A stretch of 63,696 nucleotides of DNA, the filler included. It is 14 parts of 14 records of this genome, joined end to end, with 100 filler letters (N's around TTAATTAATTAA, not from the genome) between each part and the next. Parts side by side here need not be neighbours in the genome. Positions count along the whole stretch, not along the records: positions 20,705 to 27,883 come from SRR15195285_5663; positions 27,984 to 38,183 come from SRR15195285_5664; 12 more parts are not named here. One strand, given 5' to 3'. How positions within the stretch are numbered: the first letter of the stretch is position 1; every line of letters starts with the position of its first letter. The notes beneath the pieces were generated by a model, which saw nothing but the letters and a program-made list of their open reading frames with translations, did not search any database and was not told the DNA's origin. Positions 21,234-32,418 of the stretch are shown one piece after another. Made by a program: the position numbers and the translations under genes.

Positions 21234-24200
21234 ATGTTAGCGTCAAGGGTTGAGGTCGACGAGGAGGCAAGGACGCCGCATGCCGCCGACTTAGAGGCAG
21301 CGGATAGCCTGCGCAACGCGGAACCGGTGATACAGGACGTGAGCCGGCCGGAGCTGGAAAGCCTGGACCACATACAGCTGCCCAACGCAGTACCACAGCT
21401 AGAACCCGACCAGGAGAACCTGCTGCCGAACATAGTACCACAGCTAGAACCCGACCAGGAACATTCCACGGAGCGCGCTGCATTAGATCGGGCCGGTGGG
21501 TCCGGTCCTAACTTCGATGCCATCGACTATAGTTTTGGGTTCAGAAACTCTAGGTTCAGCCGGGCAGGACCCGAGTTTGGCGCTGCGTGGTGGGTCTCTG
21601 TCAGCCTTTTGGTGGTATCGGCGGCCTTTGCAGCCGCGCTCGGCACATGGGGAATGACGTGTTGGGAGTCGCTTGCGGACACGAGCTGCATGGTCATGCT
21701 CAGTGTTCCCGAGTGTAAATCCGAAGAGTTTTTGACTCGCAGAACAGGACGCGAGCTGCCAGAATGCCAGCGATGCTCAGAGCAGGAGCACTGCGCGGAG
21801 CATGCAGCAGACTGCGCACCAAACACAGGGCTCCAGCGCTGTATGGTTCCAACCAGTGGGTATTATCTTGTCGATGGTCGTGCTCAGCCATGTGCTGCGA
21901 TGGACGGCGTCCTTGGGGTGAGTCACTGCACCCGATGTGACAACTCGTCACTCGCTGGGTGCGTTGCGGGCATATGCCACGCGGGCTATCACTCGTTTGT
22001 CAGCGGTGATCCACCTTCGTGTACTCTGGCGCCACCCAACCCATGCCCAGGACGGTACTCCGAACCACTGACGGCGCGGCACAGTCAGTATCAGATGTGG
22101 CAGATTGAGGCCGAGGATGTCGTGAGATCCGCGTACAGAGGTAGAAGAGACATATCTCCACGGTCCCCGACATTTGCACAAGCATTCTGTCGACCTCAGG
22201 GGCCAAATTACTATGACAGGACAGACCAAGCTACTGGCACAGGTAAAAGCTGTGCAACTCTTATTGCTGGTGGCAATTCAAATTGGAAATGTGCTACAGG
22301 GTTCGCTCCTACTGAGCCAGCAGACTGGCCGGCCGGTACCATGCATGCTGCTGGTTGGTGTAATGAAGCGTGTGGTTTCAATATAGCAATGGTAGCTGTA
22401 GAACAATGCGGTGTAAATGGGGAGTGTTGTACCTGCTGCCCTCTGGACGGAGAAAGTGAGGCTGACACAACGGCACGATGTCGTGAGGAGGCAAGAAAAT
22501 ATCCACCACCAGACAATGGTCAGTCACTATACTTTGATGAGACTGGACGCTCTCGTCGGCCAATGGACCACTGTGAGGACTTAGAGAATTGGGTTGACGA
22601 ACGCGGCTTTGGTTGTTTGCTGCAGCTGTGCGAAAACGGCAACGCCGATGTTGACCTGGAGTGGACTCCGAATCCTAACGCTTCGCCGGGTCCATACGAT
22701 TTGCAACAAACATCCGTGGACCAGATGCAGCTGCTTGATAGTTATGATCTTGAGAGAGCCACACTGGCAACCATTTTGTGCAGTTCAATGGCCATACCCC
22801 TAGGACTGGTCCTCACGCTGGCAAATCGGCCTTAGAGGCCTGTTGCAAGTGTGGAGGCGGAAAGCCGAGGGTTCAAGACGAGCCTTCGCGAACCAATTCG
22901 TCAGTACCGGTGCCAGATACGCGTCCCGCGCAAATTGAAGGAGTCACGACAGGACGATCAGTCTCACGCCACGTGGTAGTCCTGAACACCCTTTTGTGGT
23001 GGACACTGAGCTCCTTTATCTATGGGCTGTTGTCTTACAGAACGCCGCTCGAAACCGACATATTCCTCGTTTTTGTCCGACCTTCCATGCAAAACCTGTT
23101 CCAATGGATGATGGGCGTGGCCAAGCGCGCTGATGATGCTGCCAGGGAAAAGCACGCTTTTTCGACCCTGGACCGGCTCTTTCTTTTCCGACTTTGCATT
23201 TCTGTTGCAATCACGGCGTGGTGGATGGCTTTCTGCTGGGCATTTGCCGCAGACGTTGCGCCAGTCTGGCTACAATACTTGATGCTGATGATCTATGTCT
23301 GGCAGATGCAATTCGTGAAGCAGTTGCTACAGTGGCGTTGTGCTGTCAATATTGCGTACTTTCTGATGCTGGCTAGTCCGCAAGGTCAACCCACAGATTG
23401 TGAACCCACAGGTTTTTCTTGGCCAAACGATCGGCCGTGTCCATCCGTGTTGAGAGCAATAGGCGCGTTGGCTTGGGCAGCAATACTTGCACCGTTTGCA
23501 ACCGCGCTTGAATGCATTTCTTTCAAGCTCAAACCCCCGACGACGCGCAGTGATAAATCATTCTTCCTGTTCGGAGCAAAATTTTCGCTGTCCCACGTTT
23601 CGATGTACGGCTGGGACTTTTATAAAGCATCAATCGAGGCCGCCAATCTGCTTAATGGCGTTCATGGCGGCGATGCAAGTGGACGTGAGTTGTGCCATCG
23701 GCATTGCTTAGGACACGCGCCAACACGAGACCCAGACGCGGCGGCGCTAGCGAAGCTGCTTCTCCGGGCGACAGACCGACTACATTTCGATTTTACGGCT
23801 GCGTCGACACTGTCCGCCCTCATGTGTGGGGCCGTGGCATGTGTATCATGTATCCAGGGCTGGTTTACTAAAAGTATGGCATTGGAACCGATAGACTTCG
23901 TAACTGCATTTGTAGTCAACGTTGCATGTTCTGGCGTGATGACAGCACGATATGAAGCTTCGATCCATACCGTGCTCCTCTGCTTCGTGGAAGAGCCAAC
24001 GTTTCTGCAGTTTTCAGACTATGCGAACTATCGCGAATTCATGGGGAGTGATTCAGACAACGCAGCTGATGAGCTAGCAGGGATCGATTCGCTGCCCGAC
24101 ATAGTTGTGCAGGTGAAGAGTCTCGGAATCTCGTCTGTCGAACGCAAATGGAAGGATGCTATCGCCCATGCCAAGCGCAAGCACTTCGATCCCTTGGACC

Positions 24201-25870
24201 GCGTTGAGCAGTGGCTGCGGTGGAGTGCGCTTCACATCGACTTTCATCAGCTCAAAAAACAATTTGAGACGTCTGATGAGTGGCTAGCTCATGTTGAGAA
24301 ACTCGACGACGGATTCGACGGTTACCGAGACAAGCTCAAGACGCGGTATAGCGCGCCTGATCAGTGGCAAGCACTAAAGCATTTTGTGAATGTCGTAGAT
24401 AAGGAAATGCGCAAAGAATTTGAAGAAAACGCCACCAGCACAAAGAACGAACTAGTAATCGTTGTTTCTTGCCCAGAATTGGGAACTCTTGATCCGGGTG
24501 GCGGCCCAGAGTACGACCAGAAAGTCATGGATAAAGTGATGGAGCTGCAAAAGCTTGGGCTGCTTAAGTTTACCTTTGACCGCGCCGGTACCTCCACGAC
24601 AGTTGAAGGGGACGAAGAGAAGTTTGACGAGGCGAGGAAACTAGAAAAGGCCGGCAAGAAAAGCGCAGCGATGGCCGAAATAATGTCTACGAGTTGGTTT
24701 GAGAGCTACAAAAATTCCACAAAGAAAGCCATCCAGCTGATGATTCAGGGCTTTGATGGGGTATTGGTGATCGTCTGCATTCAAGGCGGCTTGATCACGC
24801 AGGTGGAGGCTAAGCAGATGCCGAGCATCGTTGCCGAGGCTGAGGCGGACTTTGAGAAGTTCGAGGTCGGCCGCAAGGTCATCTCAAGACAACTTCATCT
24901 GAGCTACTTTGACTTCCTAAACCAATACGATTGCCACACGGCAGACAAGCCACACAAGGCGGGTGTGAAAGACAAGGCTAAGTGCGAAGGAGTTCTTTCT
25001 GCTCACTGGTTTGCGCTCTACTGCCACGACAAATGGTTAAATAACGAGAAGATGATACTGCACGAGAAAATCGACCGAAACCATGTGGCACGGCATTTTG
25101 TTAGTCAGCTGTACAAGATGGGCTGCCAGGACGCTGAAGACGTGTACAGTTTAAAAGAGGACCAAATCCGGCAAGTTCTCCGAGAGGGAGGCCGCGAAAA
25201 TAGCGAGGCCGCGAAGACGTGGACAAGCCACACGATGAGTGTACACGATTCGCGAAAGGCCCGCAGCATACAACATGAGGTTGCAGCAATCCATCTAGAG
25301 AGCCAGTCAATATCCCAGAAACGCTGTTACATCGACAACACGCGGAAACTCGAGGACAGACTCCGACGCCACACACAAGAGCAACGTCAACAGCTTGAGC
25401 ACCGACGTGAGTTGGAAGACGCCCAACTCACGTCGGTGCTCAAGCTGCCATCGTCGGTTCTTCCAACGGAAGATGCACAATCCATAGTGAGACGGATGAA
25501 TGCGGAGCAACACCTGCGGGAGGAACAGCACGCGGAACTCGTGGCAATGCACAAGGAGCAGATGCGACACAAAATGGAGCTGATAGCTGAGTTGCAGCGC
25601 ACCGTTGATGGCATCTTTGATCGCTATGACACTGATGGCAACAGTGGACTCGACCAACAGGAGTTCAGAAGGTGGGTGGCATCGATTTCCGGCGACATTG
25701 ACGAAGACGATGTTGATGAGCTGATGAAGCAGCTAGATCGTGACTCTGATAACACAATTTCCAAGCAAGAGATGCAAAAATTCTTCAAAAACTACTGCGC
25801 AAAACATCATTGGGAGTGGATCGACACAGAGGACGCTGTTGTTGAGAACGTGCTAAACATGCAAGTATGA
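21234..25870 (+). CDS. Choline-transporter-like (CTL/SLC44/PNS1) membrane protein with Cys-rich ectodomain, unknown cytosolic domains and C-terminal EF-hands
   Basis: SLSHVSMYGWDFYKAS and YEASIHTVLLCFVEEP match CTL C-terminal motifs. EF-hands DTDGNSGLDQQE and DRDSDNTISKQE. Two ORFs can be joined by a putative intron 22716-22783 with a weak donor. Confidence 0.65.
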
Positions 25871-26123
25871 CAATGTACCCCCAAGTTCTGCTTTTACCGT
25901 TCATACTAGTAGTAGAAGCGTCAGGCAGTTCGTTGGCCACCGATATGTGATACATGTAGGTGCGGGGGTGGTGACGAGTCGGCCAGTCATCACCAGTTAG
26001 GTCTGCGCGGCTCAGTGTGAGCTGGACGACGGCCGGTGTGGGCTAGTGGCACGGTCGGCACTGTTTGGCGCTTATGGCCTGTCCTCACTGAGTCGCGCAG
26101 CGTCTGTATGTACCTTGGATGCT

Positions 26124-26161
26124 AGTGCTATCACACTAGGCTCGACTAGTGTGATAGCACT
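26124..26161. repeat. Perfect 16-bp inverted repeat (hairpin, 6-nt loop)
   Basis: AGTGCTATCACACTAG-gctcga-CTAGTGTGATAGCACT. Confidence 0.92.
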
Positions 26162-26422
26162 TCCTAGGAATACTACGAGATTGACACAGATCCCTGGAAT
26201 ATGGACAGCAAAGTACAAGAGAAAACGAAACCTGTTGTGGCGCTCTCCGCGGCGTTGCACGAGTTCTTTGACTGCAAGGGCGATGCCTGCCCCTGATCGC
26301 GGCCCTCATGAAATAGCGGGTGCAAGTGAACAACATTGCAGAGGACGAGCAGTAAAGCGATTGCTCAAACCATAGGTGTGCAAGCGAAGAAATGGTAGTC
26401 TGTGACATTAATTCAGGCACTT

Positions 26423-27694
26423 TTAGTTGGTCTTGTTTCCAGCCTTTTGGTCCTTGTCCTGGTTATACTTCAGAACCATTTCGTTTTGGATGATTTGTTG
26501 CAAAAGACCCCGTGCCCTACCGTTTCCACGTGTCGCCGCGATCTCTAGCAGCTTTCTGCTCTCATCGGGGTCCTTCTCGACTCCATCACCTGAGCAAGCA
26601 CCGGTCGATTGAAAACATTTCATGGCTGTGGCATCAGCTGTATCACCCCGTGAGTAAGATCAACTTCAAGAATAACGCAAGCTGATACGACAACGTGGTT
26701 TGTAGCTTCACATAGCTGTCACATAATACTGGGGCTGGCGGCTGGCGGCTGCAAGAGCGCAGCACGTACCATTTGCGTAGCATAGGGCAAGATTGAAGGC
26801 GGACCGATCGTCACCAGCGTCCACAGCTTGGCGCCAAAATCGGGCTGCCAGGGCATGGTCTGGAGGTGCTGACTTCCCACCCTTAAGCGGACAGCCGTGG
26901 TAGTGCAACGTCCCCAGATTGAACAGTGCTGGTGCGAAGCCACCATCTGCCGATTTGCGGTACAGCTCGAACACCTGTAGATGCTGAGCGGCGACGGCTC
27001 CGTCGTCAGACCCACCCTCGGCCAGTTCGCTCTCCATAATTACTGCGAGGTTGAACTGGGCCTCCACATCTCCTGCATCAGCGGCAAGCTCGAAATTTCG
27101 GCGAGCCTCGACCATATCCTCTTCCACGCCACATCCAGTGCGATACGCTGCACCCAGACGGCAGCGCGCACCAGCATGGCCCGCGTCCGCTGCTCGGCGG
27201 TACAAGCTTACAGCCCGGTCAAGATCCTGTGGGACACCTGCTGCGGTTGCGTATCTCACACCAAGAGCGTGTGCCGCTTCTATGTCCCCGCGCTCTGCAG
27301 CAATCTCAAGCCTTTGAGCCTCGAATTCCTCTGGGGTCGGATCGCGCACGGCCTCCTTCACAACACTGCCGATGAAATACCCACCAAGCAACCCAACCGC
27401 CCCGGTTGCACTGAGCGCAAGTAGCCGCGCCGCTGCATTCAAGATCCCTGGGGTGACCTCAGCAGCTCCAGTGCCTGCCTGACGAGGACGTCTCACGAGC
27501 CGTAGCCTCGGGGGCAGCCGCGGCTGCTGCGATGAGGCGGAGCAGGCAGCATCTGCTACGGGTATCGCCGTGCTGGCAGCAGCGCGCCTGCTACGGACAC
27601 GTCTACTAGCAGCTAGGACCAGGCTAGATCTAGCACCGGTCTCAACCGGACAACAGATGCAATGCCGTAGCACGCCACGGCAGACGATCGGCAT
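26423..27694 (-). CDS. Sel1-repeat protein with Arg-rich N-terminus and one TM (possibly organelle-targeted), 2 exons
   Basis: Repeated AA..G..EAQFNL / LG..Y..G.GV..D Sel1 units. Intron 26590-26769 restores YANG|DGVEKD. Confidence 0.85.
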
Positions 27695-28271
27695 CACCTC
27701 TGAGCTCTAACGAACGAGTGAGATGTCGTGAACTTCACGCCGCCCGCAGCCGCGCTGGCGCCGCGCGGCGGCGGCGCGCGCACGCGAGCGCTCGCGATCA
27801 CCCCCCCGCCGCGGCGCGCGGGTCCCAGTGCAAGCTGCAACTGACCCTCCGGTGCGGCCGCGTAGCGCCAGCAGCGAGCGCTANNNNNNNNNNNNNNNNN
27901 NNNNNNNNNNNNNNNNNNNNNNNNNNNTTAATTAATTAANNNNNNNNNNNNNNNNNNNNNNNNNNNNNNNNNNNNNNNNNNNNCAGTCTGTATTGGAAAA
28001 CACTACCATTCTGACAGGCTGCGAACTCAGCGTGGATCTCAGAACACTGAGATTCGACGGGATGGAGGCCTCGGCTCGGCAAGGCGGTCGCCCTCTTTTT
28101 CAAACTCAGCGTTACACCGTTACGGAGCGTCGTTCACCGCGTCTCGTCCACCTAGTATAGTCGGGCGGGTGTTCCCAACCTGGCCGCGGCCATTGTGGGT
28201 GCTGTAGGGGCTGGGCTGCCCGTCCGCAGCCCTCTTGGGACCCCTACCCATAAGGCTCAACGCTATCTTAT

Positions 28272-28403
28272 CTCCGCAGCCTCGTCCATCTGCTGCCGCT
28301 ATCTGCTGCCGCTACAAGCAGCAGCGGTGCGGGTGCGGCGTGTGTGGGCGGGTGGTGTGGGCGGGTGCGGCTGCGGCGGCAGCAGATGGACGAGGCTGCG
28401 GAG
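28272..28403. repeat. Perfect 28-bp inverted repeat; right arm spans the channel start codon
   Basis: 28272-28299 CTCCGCAGCCTCGTCCATCTGCTGCCGC is the exact reverse complement of 28376-28403. Confidence 0.92.
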
Positions 28404-31400
28404 CTCTCGGCGGTCTCCGTGGTGGTGTCGGAAACCGCACCGGTGTTGACGTTGCCCGGCAGGGAGAGCCCCCCGAGGAAGGATGAGGACACGCCGGTTC
28501 CGAGGGTGTCTTTCTCATCGCAGGCGATGGAGCAGGCGGACAGTGGAGCGAAGCGGGTGCCGTCGACGGACACGCTCAAGACGAGATCGAGCGGGAAGGT
28601 GACGCTGTTTCGCACGGAATCGCAGAACAGGTACTTAGAGCGCGACGCGGACGTCAAATACGCGTTCGAAGCAGGGATCGAGGAAGCTTTCAACATTTTT
28701 GCCGACCACGGGAAGCAGCTGACTGAGCACGCGGCTGCTTCGTTGCTGCGATTTCTCGACAAGACCCCACCGCAGTTTATGATCGACAACGAGGCGAGGA
28801 TTTCGGCAGGGATTGACATCGGGCGGACATCCACAAAGGGAACGATAGACAAGGAGGCGTTCACGACGATGTTACTGGAAAGTATCTCTAGCACCGACTG
28901 GGTAGGCAGTGCCGCGGATGTGTTCGAGCAGCTGGACAAGGATCGCAACAACAGAATGACTGCCAAAGCGCTCAGGCGCGCCTTTCGGACGACGTTCAAG
29001 TCGATTGAAATTGCGAAGAGCGATGCGGAGGAAATGGTCAGAGTGGCAGACAGGAATGGCAAAGGGTACGTGGACTGGGATGACTTCCAAACGCTGCTTC
29101 ACGCCATAGAAGATGACGTCCAGGGCCGAACCCCAGACGCCGCAACGCCTGAGCAAGAACTGCACTACTCCAGAATCCCGCTCCCGAAATATCTGCGCGA
29201 CGCCCGCAGAGAGCTGCAGCGCACGGAAGAGACGCGGCCCGCCTTGCTCAAGTGCTGCGCTCGGCTTGGCTGTGCCGGTTGGGCCCGCAGCAAAGAAATC
29301 TACGAGTTAACACGGGCTAGCAGCTCGCGCAAGCAGCTTCGAGATGTAACGGTGGCGAAGGACAACACGTTTTGGAAGATTGTGCACATATATACCCGGT
29401 CAGGATTGCTTGGGCGTGTGCGCGGCCAGGGCGAGTTCTGGCACGGCCACGAGGCGGCGAGGCATATTGGGGATGAAGATGACACGCCCCCTTGCTCTGA
29501 GACGCTCGTCATCACTCCTGGCAATACTTACGCAGTGCTATGGGACGCAATGATGATTCTACTTTTGCTGTTCGTTACGATTACGGAGCCGTTCCGAGTC
29601 GGCTTTAGCATCGGCGCGAGGCCGTGGGAGCCTCTGTTCGTGGCAGATGTCTGCATTGATATCTTCTTCGTGTGTGACATGGTGCTGCAATTCTTTACTG
29701 CATACGCCGACACTGAGGGCACAGGCAGCCTCGAGACGGACTGGAGAAAGACGGTGAGGAAGTACGCCAGTACCTGGTTTCTCTGGGATCTGATTTCGGT
29801 GTTTCCCTTTACCTACATTCTGCAGCCGTGGACATATGAAAATGCCGAGGGACAGTCTGTGGTGGAGGATTCTCGCCTACTTCGATTTGCTCGATTGCCG
29901 CGCCTGATCAAGCTGCTGCGGCTGGCTCGAGTGAAGCGTGTGATCGAGCGATATGCTGAGATCTGGGTATCTGTCAGGACTTTGCTGCAACACTACGACA
30001 TGATCGTGCTCATTCTCAAGACGATTCTGTTGGCGCATATCATGGCTTGCTTGTGGTTCTTTTTCGGCAGCTTGAACTCCGAGCAAAGACATTACGATGG
30101 AGCCGAAGACAGCTGGCTACAGCGTCAGTATCCAGATCCAGTTGATGCGATCGTGCGCAACGACCGAAACAGATCAGTGGACTGGTTTGTCGACCGCTAC
30201 ACGGTATCATTGTACTGGGCCTTCACGACAATCACTACGGTGGGCTATGGCATCATTGTTTTCTTGTCGAAGTAGTCGAGCCTTGTGTTTTTTGTCGAGT
30301 TATATCGAGCCTTGTGTTTGTTGTTGCCTGTCATCAGGTCGGTTACGGGGATATCACGGCCACCAATGTCTTGGAGCAAGTTTTGTGCCTAGTCTGTATG
30401 GTCATCGGAGTCTTCGTCTTCACTACCGTGGCTGCACAACTGCATTCGCAGCTGGAGACAGCACAAGCGGGACAATTTGAGGCCGAGAAGAAAATTAGCA
30501 AACTGGTGAGCTTCCTGAAACAACGCCAGGTGGCACCGGAACTGCGCAACCAGATCCGCGACTTTTACGTCACGAAATACAGGTATCAGTACACATGCGG
30601 ATTTGATCAAGAGGAGATGCTGCACGAGCTACCACCCACACTCGCCCGAGATCTGACAGAACACCTGTATGCGAAGTACTGGCAAATTGAGACGATGAAG
30701 TTTTGGCGCATTCTGATGTTCTCGCGCCTGGACAGACGTGACCAAGTAGCACTTTGCAAGGCTTTCAGGTCAATATTTGTTGGAATGAATAGCAGTGTAT
30801 ATGACCAACACGACTTTGGCCTTGGGATATTCGTGGTGCTCCGAGGGAAGGTCATGCTTACTCGCATACACGGTGTGCTCGAAGCGCAGCAAATGCTTAC
30901 TGATATGCAAGTATCCAGCAACAAGGAATTCGCAAAGCTCGACGATCCAACGTCGAAGGTTGCATTCTCTTTCACGTTTGACAAGGGAGACTGCTTAGGT
31001 GAGGTGGAGAGTGTCGCGGAGCTCGAGACTGACCACTCTATTCCTCGCTACGGTGACTCCAAAGTCACTTCCATACGTGGAGCAGAGCTTCTTTCACTTG
31101 ATGAGGAAGCGCTCAACGACTTTGCCGTGCACCATCCAGAGCTGCTGAAGCGTTTTGAGGAGGTTGCTCGGGTGAGAGAGGAAAAGATCTGCCAACGACT
31201 CGTACACGACCTGAAGGATTGGACTCAGTTCCTGTTCAACGTCGTGCTGGAGCAGCATGGTACGGATGCCGCAGCTGGCTCCTCTTCTTCCATGGATCAA
31301 GTGCCCCGCGTGGTATTTAAAAAGTACTTTGGCCAGATTGGGACGGCGATATACAACCAAGATTTCATCACAGATGACCTGCTGCAGGAGCTCGAAATGA

Positions 31401-32418
31401 TGACTCACCAACAGCTGGCATCACCATCAGGCGCAGCTGCTAACGAGATTGATCCATCGCAGAACATTTCGCGAGAAGACATTGACAACTGGCTGGCAAT
31501 TTTGGAGGATTCGGTACGTGAGATCTTGCTGCAGCGATCGGAATCAAAATTTTTGTTTTCCCGTCTTCCTTGTCGTCGACGTCCTTGCTGTCGGTGGAGA
31601 TTATGGGTTGATCACTGTGAGCTACTGCCCGAAAACTTGCTCAACTACTGCCTGGTGTGTTGCACAGGACGTGTTCACTACCACATACTACGCTCGAATA
31701 CACAAGCGGCACATGCGCCGCATGCGGCAGGGCCGCTCTTCGCAGTGGCGCAAGCTCCGAAATCTCCACAGGATGTCCTCCCTTCCGAAGCTCGCTGTTG
31801 GCTCCCCGCCCGAGGGTGCTGGGCCAGCAACCAAAGACCCCTCTCCGCTCAAGCCACCGACGCCTTACGGGCCGAAAGCAGAAAAGAATTTGCTTCTCAG
31901 TCAAGTGTTGTCACTGCAAGTAAAGGATGCAGCAGCACCTTCCCTGCAACAGGCACAGGGTGCTGAACCTGATCCACAGATGTCGGAGGACGACGAAGAC
32001 ATGCATGCGAACATATGGACGCGATCTGTGGAGATGCGCGCGATGAATCAACGGGTGTGAAATCTTGCCGCTCGCTCGTTGCTGACTGCTGCTAACTGCC
32101 TACGTGGGTGATAGTTGTATCGTTGTGAATGAGGCATCTGAAGGTTTGTGTTGTGTGTTTTCGCAGCTTGATTCGCTCGAGCAGGGACAACAAGATCTGG
32201 CCAATGCAATTGACAGGCTTCCAAGTCAAATCGCATCGCTTATCTCGACGCAGCTGCAAGATAGCTTGGGCGAAGAATTACGCGAAAGCTTCAAGGGGGG
32301 GGGGCAGTCCGTCGCCGTCTGTGTGATAGCACATGCAATTTGCGGCCAGTTGGTCCACTCAATAGTCACTGCTGCTGCCACAGTCCTTCAATATTGTTGC
32401 AATACTAAAATCCGCTAG
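28386..32418 (+). CDS. Cyclic-nucleotide-binding-domain K+ channel (KCNH/CNG-like) with N-terminal EF-hands, 4 exons
   Basis: EF-hands DKDRNNRM and DRNGKGYVDWDDF. S4 RLLRFARLPRLIKLLRLAR. Pore SLYWAFTTITTVGYGDI, followed by C-linker and CNBD. Introns 30240-30337, 31514-31667 and 32055-32166. The 3' end is uncertain because of a G10 run at 32295-32304 (alternative stop 32326). Confidence 0.88.

Noticed and set aside
21374-21461. 45-nt tandem duplication (LPNxVPQLEPDQE twice)
   Set aside because: Ordinary in-frame duplication in a disordered N-terminus
32281-32418. Channel C-terminus overlapping the convergent gene, or a programmed frameshift
   Set aside because: A G10 homopolymer precedes it; one fewer G gives a natural end (GGGSPSPSV-stop at 32326), so a length error is more likely
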